The notes under the pieces are model-generated. The model saw nothing but the letters and a program-made list of their open reading frames with translations. It had not been told where the DNA came from and ran no database searches. From assembly GCF_000315625.1 (NCBI RefSeq), contig NW_005434589.1:261330-325329 (forward strand): 64,000 bases of DNA, written 5' to 3'. Each line of letters opens with the position of its first letter. Positions within the stretch are counted from its first letter, which is position 1. A program made the translations under genes and the position numbers. The DNA comes from Guillardia theta CCMP2712. Its lineage: Eukaryota > Protista > Cryptophyta. Below are positions 36,301-48,417 of the stretch, piece by piece.

Positions 36301-39300
36301 CAACGGGATGACGTTGCAGCTGCCTGCAAGGCCGCAGGTAACGGCAGTGTCTTCCTCCTCCCTGACTCCCCTGACCCCCGAGACGCAGGTCTCCTTGTCT
36401 GGATCCAGCCCCCTCCAGGAGACCATCGCCATCCCATCCACAGCTGTCCGCACTGCCGACTCCTGCTGCCTGACCTTCTCCGGCGTCGCAGTCTTCCTCA
36501 ACGCGTCAGTCACCGAGAAGACAGCTGTTGTTGGAGAGGAGAACATCCTTGAGTTTTTCTTCAGAACCAACATCGAGATTCCTCTTACAAGCACTCTCCT
36601 CATCTCCGGACTTGATCAGGCCCGCTCCCTGGAGAACCCCAACATCCTGCCCCCATCGCTGTCATCGGGGTTGGCACAGTGGGATGCTCAAAACAATTTG
36701 CGGGTTCAGATGTCAGAGTCGCTCTTTGACCCTTGCTGCTCCTCCTCGCTCTCAAGCTGCCAACACAACTCGCTCATGCTTCGAGTGCAAGTGAAGAATC
36801 CTTCCGTCCCGTCTCCGCCAAGGGCCCTCAGGGCCTCGCTGCTGAACGCGCAAGGGGCTGCCCTCATAACAGCATGTGACGTTGCAGGAGCAGGCGACGT
36901 GCTGCGAGGATCTCAACCAGCCAGTTTGATCGGAACCTTCACTCAGCTTTCTCCAACAGCCGACAGCTCGTCGAACAACGTCACCGACCAGATCTCCATC
37001 CTGACCAGTGTGGGACTGACCAGATGTACTTCAACGGTGAGGAGCGGGCAGACTTCGTGGATCGTGGGCGCGACGCCTCCGGAAGGGAATCAGTACCTGT
37101 TCGATGGGCTCAAGGGCACAGTGGACGGCACGAAAGTCGCTCGAGGCAAAGCCATCGACCTTGACTTCGGGGAGAACTACCTCCTAGAGCAGTTTACCGT
37201 CTACATCCGCACGGTCGACGTCTGCGCGCTCAAGGATGCGGAGCTGTACTATCTCGACCAGTCCACAGGAACATGGAGGCTGGGTCTAACGTTTCACATC
37301 GCACCGACTTTGTCGTCCAACGTCAGCTCCTTTGCTTCACCTCCGATCGTGGCAAGGCAGTTCCGGATCCTACCGATCTCACCTCAAGACAACTTCGCCT
37401 CATGCACATACTCGCTGCTGCAAGAAGTTGAGTTCCTGTCTTGTCGGCAGAGTCAGTGCAGTCAACTTACCATCTCAAACATCACAAGCCCTCCCTCGGG
37501 CGGCTCCATCGTGACCTTCCTTGACTTCCCACCGTTCCTCATGTCCTACGGCTATTGGGACGCGGCGAATAAGAACATCAGCGTCTTTGCCATCTCCAAC
37601 TCTCCAGCATATCGGGAGATCAAAATTTCAGCTAGCTTTCTGAAAACAGGCATCCAGTCGAGAAACTACTTCACTGCTAGCTTACGTGATCCCAAGGGAT
37701 TTCAAAACATTCCTGAAACACCGTTGAGGTTCGTGAACTTGACTTCTCAGCCTTCAGGCAGTTCGTCATCTCAGACAAGTCCCTCCATTGTGCTCGCATT
37801 CTCAGAGACTCTCGTCGGTCAGACCTCGAGCATGGCTGGGGCGAGGAACTTGATTTCCGTCACCCTCACTGCAGCTGTGGATCTTGCAAAGGGTCAGCAG
37901 GTCACTATCAAGGGCTTCAACGGACCAACGTCGAGCTCTCAAACTCTCGTTCCTGTCTCGCCCTCTGGGATCCTCTCCACCACCTTCACGTGGCAGAACC
38001 TCTGCGCGGATCAGCCGAACCCATGCGGAGAGGTCACCTTCACTTTGACCGCCGCATGGTCAAGAGGTCTGAGAGTGACGGCAACCATGGAGTTTGTCAA
38101 CATGAATGACTTGCGTCCTTTGACTTCACCTCTGACCCTTTCGGTGTCTCCAGCCTTCGCATCGCAAACTCTCTGCAAGGTGATGAATGCTCAAGACCCC
38201 GGGGTATGTCAGCAGGCAGCCGACGTCCTCAATGTCGACCGCTACCCTGGACTTGTCAACGCATCCGTATCGCAGGGATCTGGTGTGGTCGGTCAGAAGA
38301 ACTTGATCACTGTGAATGTGATGCCCAACTTCGAGGTCAGGGCCGGCAGCTTGTTGAACTTGCTCGGCCTTGTGAACGTGGATGTCTTGTACAGTGACAT
38401 CATATACGACAACTCGAACGCGAACTTGCAAGCGCTCTCGTGGAGCAAGGATACGGGGACGCTGACATTCAAGGCTATCAACCCGCTGAACGGAGAGGCT
38501 AGCCCTTCGTTCTCTTTCTCCTTCGCCGTGACAAACTTCCAATCACCGGCAAGCTCTCCCTTCAACCTCAACATCAGCGGAGTTTACTCCGACAGCGTCG
38601 GGAGCTGCGGCAGGAAGATCTGCGACCTTCTGGGGGCCTCAGGGCCTGCTATATCTCAGCCCTTCACGTCAGCAGTCCCGTTCACCGTCTCTCCTCCTCA
38701 CCTCCTTCAAGCCCTGGAGTCTCCTGGTTTTGCTGTGCTGACAGTGTCTGAGAGTTCCAACGTGTCATCCCAAGACAATCTCATCACCATCGAGCTCGTT
38801 CCTAACGTGATGGTTTTCCCTGACACCAAGATCACCTTGTTGGACCTCGGGTCGCCCTCACCGGCCAATGCAAACTTCCCCATGCTAGCAAGCAATCAAT
38901 CAATCTCCGGGCAATGGGACGGGAGCGGGTCACTGACCTTCTCCCTTTCGTATCCTCTCTACGCCTACAAGACTGATCTCCTGCTCAAGTTCCTCTTGAA
39001 GAATCCTGCTTCCATCCAGCAACCAAAGGATGTGCGAGTGTTGTTTGCGGGATCGAGCACACAAAAATTGGTTGGAAGCATTCTTCGGGCAGCAGACACA
39101 GCGAAGATCGTTACACTCACAGTAGCAGAGTCATCCTCCATTGTGTTGGAAGATAACACCCTAAGTTTCCAGCTTGCTTCCAACGTCCCACTGATCCAGG
39201 TGAGAACTTTCCTTCCAAGACTTGTTCAATTCTTGATCGTTGTGTTACCAGGGAACTATGATCAATGTGTCGAACCTGACGGGAAGGTATGAAAGCCTCG

Positions 39301-42300
39301 AGCTGGTCAAGCAGTGCCAAGACAGCCTCGCAAGCGGTGCTGGCACAGGGCTTGTGACGTACGTGTCAACGAGGCAGTTGACCATCAATGTCAATGACTT
39401 GGTTGTTTCTGCTGCCAATGACCAGGTGACCCTGATGCGAAACTACACCACATGTTTTGTCGTGGATTCGCAGATCAGTTTTCTGCTTCCGAGAAGTTAT
39501 CGCGCGTTTGAGACCGTTCGCTTCAGCTTCACAGTGATCAACTGGAACTCTCTCCGACCGCAGGCTGTCGTCCCTCAAGTCTCTGCTGTCGGCTGCTCCG
39601 CCTTGTTGAGCCTCAGGGGCGACATGTCGTGCGATGCCAACGGTCGGGTGGAGCTCCCGAGGACTTCAGCTCGAGGAGAAGTGCTGAGATCAGGCGCAGC
39701 CCCCTTCATCCTTGAGAGGAGGATCGAGGAGACCAGCAGCCTGCTGGGAGAGATGAACCTAATCGTCGCAAGCCTCAGGTTCAACTTCGACCTCATCGTC
39801 GGCACCTCCCTCGTCCTCGGGAACTTCTCCAGCGGACTCGGCGCTCCGTTCGGGTCGTCGACGCCGAGCGGATCGATCAGCCTCGAGGGCGAGGACGCCG
39901 TGTGGTTCAACTCAATGGCGACGTGGAGACAGGAGGCCAGCACTTTGACCCTGGTGGTGACGAGAGTCGTACCGGCGAATCGCAGCCTCTCGATCCGGTT
40001 CTCGTTGCGGAACATGCAGTCGCTACCCCTCTCCAGATGCGCCCTGGGCTCCCCGTACTGCTCGGCAGGGGTCAACCAGGGCCAGTACTGCACGTCAGTC
40101 GGTGGCTTGTGCGCAGGACAGTGCAAGAACGGCAACAACATATGCGTCGCTCAGATCTGCGCTCCTCCCAACACAGGGAGTCAGTGCCCTGTGACCAGCC
40201 TGCTCTCCTCGAAGGGAACGGGAGGGCCTCCTCCTCTCGCCGCCTACCCGTACGGGTACGCAACCAACGTCTTTGACTCGGGGAACGGACCTGTGGAATT
40301 GAAGGGGGCAACGTGCACGGGAGGAGGTCAGTGCCTTGACTCTGGAAACTGTGTCGCCCCCAATACTGGCAGCATCTGTACGAGCCACTCGATGTGCACT
40401 GGGTAAGTCATGTCTTTCTGGCTAATTCTTGAAATCCTCTCTTTGTCATTCAATTCATTCCTTCTCATTTCCCTTGAAATTTTCATTTGCAACCCCTCCT
40501 TGTCATGTGCTGTACTATGATCGCTATTCTAACTCCTTTTCTTTCTTTGCCAGCATTTTCAATCCTGCGATCGATCCCTCACGCTTGTTCGAGCGCATTG
40601 GAAGTCAGAGATGTGTGAGAATGCAGATTGAAAATACCCTGACGCTCAGCCTGAGTCTGAACAATCGATTCAACCTGAGTGAAACGATGATAGGGAGCTT
40701 GAAGGGATTCTCAAACCCATCCTCTCCCGAATTCGTTACAAGGGTTATCACAGAGTCGTCGACGATTCCAAACTCTTACAACATCCTCACTCTCAGTCTA
40801 GTTGCAAACTTCAAGATCCTGGTGATTTGAACGTGTTTTATGTTCGTTGAAATGATTCCTTGCTGCAGGATATCAACACAGTGTCGTTGACATTGAAAGG
40901 TCTGCGCATTGCCGACTCTTCTGGAAAGTTGCCTGTGATGGGAGGTGAACAAGGGCTGCTGAAGGAGGTGAATTGTACTCAGAACAGCTCAAGCTTCACC
41001 TGTCGCTCTGTTGGGGCAGGGCTTGTGTCCAGTGACAGCATTCTTTTGGAGGCAAAAGCAGACTTGGAGATTTATTGCAAGTCATCGTCGGATGTTGTTT
41101 TGAAATCAGTCAGGGCGGCCTGCAATGATATCACAGATTCAATTTTCAACTTCCCTTGCAGCCAGTATCCTAATTGTCTCAACGGTTGGTGCAAGGCTTT
41201 CACAAACCTTGACATTGTTCCTTTCCTCTCTGCCAGCTCTTCCTGCAGCTCGCAGTCACCTCAGGGATTCGACCTTCAGATCTCCTCCAACGACGAAAAC
41301 GTTCACGCTCGCGTTCTTGTGCGGTCAAATGTCACTAAGGAATATGCAACATGGGACACTGCGTCGCAGATCGTCACGATAGCAGGAAACAAGGCGGTGA
41401 GCGGCTTCATCAACCAGAACACCCTCAAGTTTTCCTTCCGAGTCAAGAACCCTCAGCCATCGACAGTGTCCCCCACCCTTACCATCACCGGAAACACTGG
41501 AGACCTCAAGGCTATCGGGATATGCGAGGATCAGCTACAGCCCGGCTGTACCGCCGCCAACGAGCCCAGCCCTCTACGGAGCATCGTGACAGGACAAGTG
41601 CTGAAGGCGAATGGAATGGCGACCATCGAATCTCTCACCATCGCTGAGTCCACTGACTTCAAAGGACTTTCCAACACCATCTCAGTGTCACTGGAGTCGT
41701 TGAGGTACAAGTTTCCATCAGACATGACCATCACAGTTATGGGTCTCACTGGGTCGTCAACGACGAGCGGCAAGATAGCTGTCTCAGGCAACCGACTGTC
41801 AAGGTACGCGGAATGGGACGCCGCCACCGGAAACCTGAAGCTGACTGTGACGTACCTTCCTGCCCTCGAGACCGACCCCTTGCTGTTTTCTTTTGTCTTG
41901 ACGAATCCCGCATCAGCCCAAAACAAGCTCGTTCCGCAATGGACTGCAGCTCATGCCGGGACCAGCCTTGCCTTTGCTGTGCAGACTTTTGTATGCGCAA
42001 GCTCGTTGAACTGTCAGGGGATCCTGGGCGCATCGAGAGATCTCACGATCTCATCATGGAATGTCGCATCTCAGGTAAGACAGTCACGATCTGGTCTCGA
42101 AAAGCTGTAATCCTTAGCTTGATTGACACTTGCATTCGTTGGTTCAGACTGACTTCTTTTGTCTTATTTGCAGGATTATGTGAGTGGAAGCAAGAATAGC
42201 TTGCAGTTCTTCTTCGAGTCGAACATCAAGTTGACATCTCCGACAGTCACGTTGACAGTCTCCGGGATTCCACAGTCTTCCCTCGACTTTCACCCAGCCT

Positions 42301-44315
42301 CTACTGCAGTTCGCTTGTACTCATGTGACCGAGTTATTCAGAGGTCTTTCATTTGCTCGGGCCGAGATCTTTGTGCTTCCTACCTTGACCTGAAGCCTCC
42401 CAACGGGACTTTCCTGACAGATGCACATATGACTCTGAACTTGTCTTGCACTTTAGCGGCAGCGATCAAGGCGATTCACTTTTGTGACCAACCTGTTTCG
42501 TACCAGTATCAGGCTGAGACATGTATTGGAAGTTACATTGTCAATGTGACCGATATCGTCAGTCCTTGTGTTTCGTCTTCGAAAGCGAAGCTGCTGGTCG
42601 AGGCACCCGGATTGGACACTAATGTTGCGATAGATCTCTTTCTCAGTTACGCCTTCGACACTCGTTCTCCCAGACTCGTCTTTGTTCCATCTACAAACAG
42701 CCTCGTGCTCACAATGTCACCAAGACCAGAAGAGTTTTGGAAACATTCCGCTCTTTCATACCTCAACGGAAGATATCAGAACATGATAGCTCTTTGCCTT
42801 CACGCAACGAATCCAGCAGGAAATTCTCCTCCTGTGTTCCCAGGGCTCACAGCATCTCTCGGCAGCATCAACGTGGCTACGTCAAGTGCACTTGTCAACG
42901 GCGTTCTCGGAGCCCAGGTGCTGCCCTGCTCGGGTGTCCAGACCATCGTTACAACAGGAAGTTATCCAGCTGACGGGTACTGGATCTTCAACTATGACAA
43001 CATCTACTTGAACAAGACGTCGTGCAACTTCATCATTCAACCTTCAAAGTCGCCTGATATGCTCATCAAGGTACAGTTCACAGGGTTTGATATCTCGATG
43101 AAGACAGATGTCGTTCGAGTTTATGACGGGGACTCCACAGACGCCTTGTTGATCGGCGCTGTTGTTGACAACAACTTCGAGTACCTTTACACTGGCGACG
43201 GGCAGCCCTTCTCCTCAAAAATGATTTTCTACACACAAAACTGCAATTTTCTGATACGCTTGGAACGATACACCAACAATGGGCTACAATTCCAGCAAAG
43301 CTTGAACAAGGGATTTCAATTGCAAATCGAACTGAAGAACCCGAATTTGATGGATCATATCATCACAACGATTCAATATCAAGGAGGTCTCTTGACAGAC
43401 CTGCAGGTGCAAAAGATCAGATCGTCTCTCGCTCTCAGCTTGGGTCTGATGTTGTCATATGTGATCGTAGAATCGACAACCCAGTCCTCACGTTCTCTTA
43501 TCGACAGGGAAACTTCTGCTGCCATGCTCCAGGGAGCGCTGGACCGCTTTGTAAGGAATGGAAAGGCTCGAGCGTATCAAACCATCTCCTTGCGCATCCT
43601 AGCGAACTCGAACAGTGAAGCAGTCCAGGTCCTGAGCGAGCTCAAGAAGACCATCTCCTCTGGCACTCTCACTCAGCAGATTCGCTCTGCGGGTCTGACT
43701 GGGTCTGTATCACTGGTCAGCTCTGCCTTGTATCGATGCGGCATCGAGATCATCTGCGTCGTCGTTAACCAAGTCGTTACCACCGCCCCTATCATCATAG
43801 AGAATGTTACCATGACCACTCCCAAGCCTTTCCCTGTCCAGAAAGTCGTCAAGATCGTCGCTTTCGTCGTGGTTCCACTTTGTTCCGCGTGTGCTCTGAT
43901 ATGCTGCGGAGTGATCTTTGCGGCGTATCGCACATACTCGCGCAAGTTGAAACTCAGAAACGCGACGAAGAGTAAGTACCTGGAGTGGCTGGAGGAGCAC
44001 AAGGAGGGTCTCCATGGAGTTGACGGAAATCTCAAGCAAGTGTGCACAGAATGTGACTTCAACTACAGATTTCTAGAAGCAGACTGGGATCTCTACGTTG
44101 ATGAATTTTGTGCAAAATACTTCATGCATTTCGAGGCTGACAAGAAAACTTGGGCGAGTTTGCCGAAAGATTTCCCCATGCGGTGTGCTCAACTTGCGAA
44201 AGATAAAGTGGAAGGAACAGACAAGAAGAAGAAGGTTAGAGTTGCATACGTGTTGATTTGTGAAGAGAGGTGCTGACATTGCTTGCAGTCGTCTATGTTG
44301 CAGATCGCAATCTGA
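24390..44315 (+). CDS. giant (~6,000 aa) multi-repeat type I membrane / cell-surface protein
   Basis: Signal peptide MREAMLVQPVLLLALLLPSLPSSHA-D. Long collinear ORFs are joined by in-phase GT-AG introns (e.g. 26322-26372, 29058-29100, 31976-32500, 35930-35972). Two repeat classes, then CUB, TM helix and short tail ending SSMLQIAI. Confidence 0.8.
24470..28555 (+). repeat. 11 protein repeats of ~120-150 aa (type A, Y-x-x-C-F/Y...TG-x-x-x-x-Q)
   Basis: NKMCI, YKICY, YQLCF, YQVCF, YTVCY, YKICF, YQVCF, YQICF, YQICF, YQVCY, YQLCL, each preceded by a beta-strand-plus-Cys motif (e.g. ISLI..xxC). Confidence 0.85.
28590..42920 (+). repeat. ~22-23 protein repeats of ~130-150 aa (type B)
   Basis: consensus ESS-x4-5-N-x-I-x-L-x-L-x-x-N...ITISGLxGSxT...W-x3-4-GTL-x-L...FSFxLxNP. 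Confidence 0.85.
32139..32238. other. assembly gap (100 N) inside an intron of the giant gene
   Basis: run of N flanked by low-complexity polyA/polyC/CT sequence. Confidence 1.
42925..43340 (+). other. CUB domain within giant protein
   Basis: CSG..Y.NKTSCNFIIQ..IKVQFTGFDI..DVVRVYDGDSTDALLIG..F. Confidence 0.8.
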
Positions 44316-44329
44316 ACATTCAGATGGCT

Positions 44330-45655
44330 ATGTGAATTTTTTTCAGCTAACTTACAAGCTCGTGGCTCAAATCGACACGATTTACTTGGCTATTTCGAAG
44401 GGTTAAGATGCAACCTTGCAAACTTAGTGACTTCCTCAGTCAGAGCTACAGCTTCCTGGATCTTACTCTGATGCAAGAGATCAGAGGGCCTTGGAGTTAC
44501 CAGACTATACTCACTCTAACAGCGTCACTTCTTGAGTTTTCCAACATTTCTTTGCTGCTGTTGAATGAGCAGGTCAGTCAAGGAAAACATCTTGTAGGGA
44601 TCAACCTTTTGTAGAACTCTTCGGCAGGTTCGACAATCAGGTCTTGTGCAGTCTTGCCTGAACTACAACAAGACTGAGAAGCACTTTTCAAGAATCCTTC
44701 AGTTCTCACTAGTTCTCACACTTGGCCAATTTCTTCTTGGCACTCACCAGTGCACGAATTGCATCCTTCCCTTTCTGCCTGTTGGAGTAAGAGGCCATGG
44801 CGGCAAAATGCAGCGGTGTGTTGCCATGGATATCAACAATCATGGGATTCTGATGTCGAAGATTCAACAACCCTTCTTCGCAATCAATCCACTCACCGCT
44901 TTCGCCTCAAGCAAGAGTTTGATCGACTTCTTGTTCAAGTTACGGGCGGCATAGTGGAGTGGTGTGATTCCAGTCTGAACAGTCCAGTCAAACTCCCGTC
45001 AAAGGAGGAGGTGTCCGTTACTCGATCGAAGACGTTGACGTTGGCGTTATTGTCCAGCAGATGTTGGATCACCTCAGTCAAGCATGTCAGTCCCTTGTCT
45101 CGCTTCTGTGCTTTCCGCAGATTTTCACCTTCTTATGGGACCCTTGAAGTTCCTTGATCAGCGTGTTTCTGAAGGACGCCTCCAGCAGGCAGGCGTTGGC
45201 GCCACTCTGACAGTCAAAGTGAGGAAAGGAGAGGAGAGAGCGATGGCCTCACGAGGTCGAACTTCTTGTCGTTGGGTAACAGCCCCTGGAGAAGCTGGTT
45301 CAGCTTGCTTCACTTGCTGCTCAGTGGTGGTCGCTTACCCCCGCGCACCAACAATCCTTTCCCGAGGAGCATCTAGGCAACATGATTAGCAGAGTATGAA
45401 GCACGACTCTAAATCCTTACTCGAATGGTCTCCCTATAGACGCTAAGTGTGGTTCGTAATCTGGGAGCTTTCAGCATTTGAATGAACCTTAAAAGAAATA
45501 CATTTCGACTGAGAGTTTTCCATGCCCCCATTTTCATTGTCATCCTTCGATGCCTGTGTGAAAGAAGAATAGTGAGACAACAAGGTCAGCTCACAGAAGT
45601 TTTGACTTACTTTGTCTTTATCTTTTTTCTTGCGCTTCTTCGCTAAAAATCGCAT
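44330..45655 (-). CDS. ankyrin repeat protein, multi-exon
   Basis: VIQHLLDNNANVNVFDR/TGITPLHYAA..IKLLLEAKA/NPMIVDIHGNTPLHFAA..; ends approximate. Confidence 0.85.
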
Positions 45656-45785
45656 TGCAGCTTTGACTGAAGAGAGAATGGATACAAGACTCTGCCAAGT
45701 GAAACGACTCGGGTGATGACGATAGGGAACAAGCAGTAGAGCTAGGGTGAGCTAGAGGCGAAACGACCTAAGACCAAGAAGCTAT

Positions 45786-45907
<122 letters not shown>

Positions 45908-46102
45908 ACCGGACGTTCGGTAGCAACCGGACTCCCGATATAGAGAGAAAGAGTCCGCCTCAGACAAATGGACAGGCGGGCTCGGTGGTATCGAATCTGA
46001 TCAACCAATCTCCCTATGTGCTGGTCAGGTCACCGTCATAAGACTTTCGACATGACAGGTCAAGTTCGAATTGCCTTTCAACACCACAACGTCGAAAATT
46101 TA

Positions 46103-48213
46103 TCACATCTGATAGTTCAAGGTTTCAAAGATAAAGGCAAATCGTTTCTTCACTGCTTCTTTCTGCTCCTCATTCAATCGCTTGCGAACGTCACTCACAG
46201 TCAGGCCGCCAATCAAGTCTGCCATAGATGTCATTACCGACAGGCTGTTCTTCTTGAAGTCCGTCATCCCTTCTCGATATTTCTTGAACATGGCACTCTG
46301 GTCAAAAGATGTCAGCGAGCGGCAGGTGCAGGAGTGTGTATTCGCCTCAGTAAGATTCTTGATATCTCCCAGCGAGAATTGATCATAGATTGACTCCATT
46401 CTGAGTGAAGATACGTCAGAAAGACCGTAGGCAGCGGAAGTTGGATGAGCAGTGACGTTTTTATGATGTCGTTTTCCATCTCTTCGAACTTTATCTCCAC
46501 CTTCCCTCACATCAAGGAGAGGATCGAGAAGACACAATTGAGGTACCAAATTTCCTTTGGGTATCAGATTCCGATGTTTGAAGTATTCTCTGTATCTTTG
46601 ACCTTGTGTCAGAGTGCAAGGGGCCATCTATACTCCTCACATGATCTCCATCTGGTCAAGAACGAAGTCGCTGATATCTGCATCACTGGGTTCGTTCAGG
46701 TAAGTGTACCTGTCGAGTCAATAATTCAGGCCGTCTGGCCAGGGGGTCTGCGATCAGATCATCACCAGTAGTAGGATTGAGCCATGTGCACTGCAGATTG
46801 AACGACCGTGTATGGGTCCCGGTAGCAGAAGATAAACTTTGCCTGGGGAGGAGCAAACAACAACGAGCATGAGTGCATCAGAGTCTTGATACCCTCCAAC
46901 ATCACAACTTGCCTTCGGGAAGAGACGCAACAGGGTTGGTATCTGGCAAGAAGAAGAGAGGAAATCAGAGAGGCTGGTAGACATATTTGGTAGGATATCA
47001 ACCCGCGATGTGTGAACGGGTGATTTGATTATCAGCCGACGATGGGCTGATTGCTTAGCAAGGCTGCGATCATTCCTAATGAAAGTTCAAATTGGAACAG
47101 ATTGTGATGATGAAACCAGTATGTTATCTTCTTAAGAAAGAAAAGAAACGACGCTGTCCAGGTCTGCTGTTAGATCAGGTGCTGCCGCGAAATCTTTGGT
47201 TCAAACAACTAAGTACATCCAATCTTTCCTTCGTGGTGTTTAGATTCAAAAGATCCAGGTAAGTCTGCCAATTGAATGATGACCTCCAACTCCAGTACTC
47301 TGTCCTATCACCTTGTATTGCGACATGAAGAACAGTGGCATGTACGCGCTACACCCTGCCCACCAGTGTTACTTCGCTGTCCATAAGACTTCAGTTCAAA
47401 CCTCCGGATAACAAGGTCGTTGCAATCTCGTCCTCGCCTTCTCAGTCTTGTCAACAAACACTTGCGTTTGCGTTTGAAATCAAGCTACCAGGCAGATCAA
47501 GACTCAGTTCCATGTTGTCCATCGGCCTGAAGCGATTTAGAGGAACGGAGGCTGAGATGCAGGAAGACCTCTTCTTGTCGACAAAGAAACTGAGCAGCCA
47601 CTAGTGAAAGAGGCATGTGAGAATGTCTCCACCGCTGAGAGACAACAAACCTGAAAGTTCGACATCAAGATGAAAGTTGACGGGAACCCAACTTGCAAGT
47701 TGGTGGCAAACGAGAAACGCGCATCTGACGACAACACATTGTGCACAAGAGTTGTGCCTGTACAACCAAAACTGTTAGCTGGAAAAACTATTCCTTCACA
47801 AGAAGACCGGTACGTGGGTGGCCGATGACGAATATCGGCTCATCGTTCAATTGGACCTGAGAAATTGCAAACTTGTGCCTGATGCTTTCGAGAACTGACA
47901 AGATGGTGTTGAAAATCGCAAACATCAGCAAACAACATATTCTGACGCCATACTTGAACCATTCGACATACTTCCTGTTCCTGGAAAGAACAAGTTTTGC
48001 TAAGACGCTACATAGTTTCCTTCCCCAACCATCCATCACCTGATCAGGATCCCTAGGAGTTGAGGTAAAGTTGCGCCGAAGAGAATGTTGTTCTTGCAGC
48101 TCAGAACTCCAACCCGATGAAACTTGAACAAAGAATCTCGTCTGTCACTTCCCTCCTGCCTGTCCCCCGTCTCCTCCCTTCTATCCCCGCCCCTCTTCCT
48201 GAGTTTCGCCATT
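46103..48213 (-). CDS. PAPS-dependent sulfotransferase (Sulfotransfer_3 / Stf3-like), multi-exon
   Basis: PIFVIGHPRTG/TTLVHNVL (5'-PSB loop), RPMDNMEL..P..EDE, LIIKSPVHTSR, KFIFCYRDPYTVVQS (3'-PB), EIKFEEM. Confidence 0.9.
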
Positions 48214-48417
48214 TTATATCTAAGAATCAAGTCCCCTCCAGAGGCTGGAAATAAACACTTCTGAGAGACACCAAATTACTCATAGGTATTTTAATAAGAT
48301 AGTAGTGAAGTTACTGTAATATATCAACCATGACGTTGGATAGCTAAATGAGAAAAAATAATCTTTAGCTTAAGGATTTATCACCTCATCAGGAGTGACC
48401 AGAGCCAGGGGCGGGGA

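Noticed and set aside
26252-44062. Many minus-strand and alternative-frame ORFs within the giant gene
   Set aside because: Shadow ORFs of a GC-rich coding strand; the repeat consensus is only in the main frame
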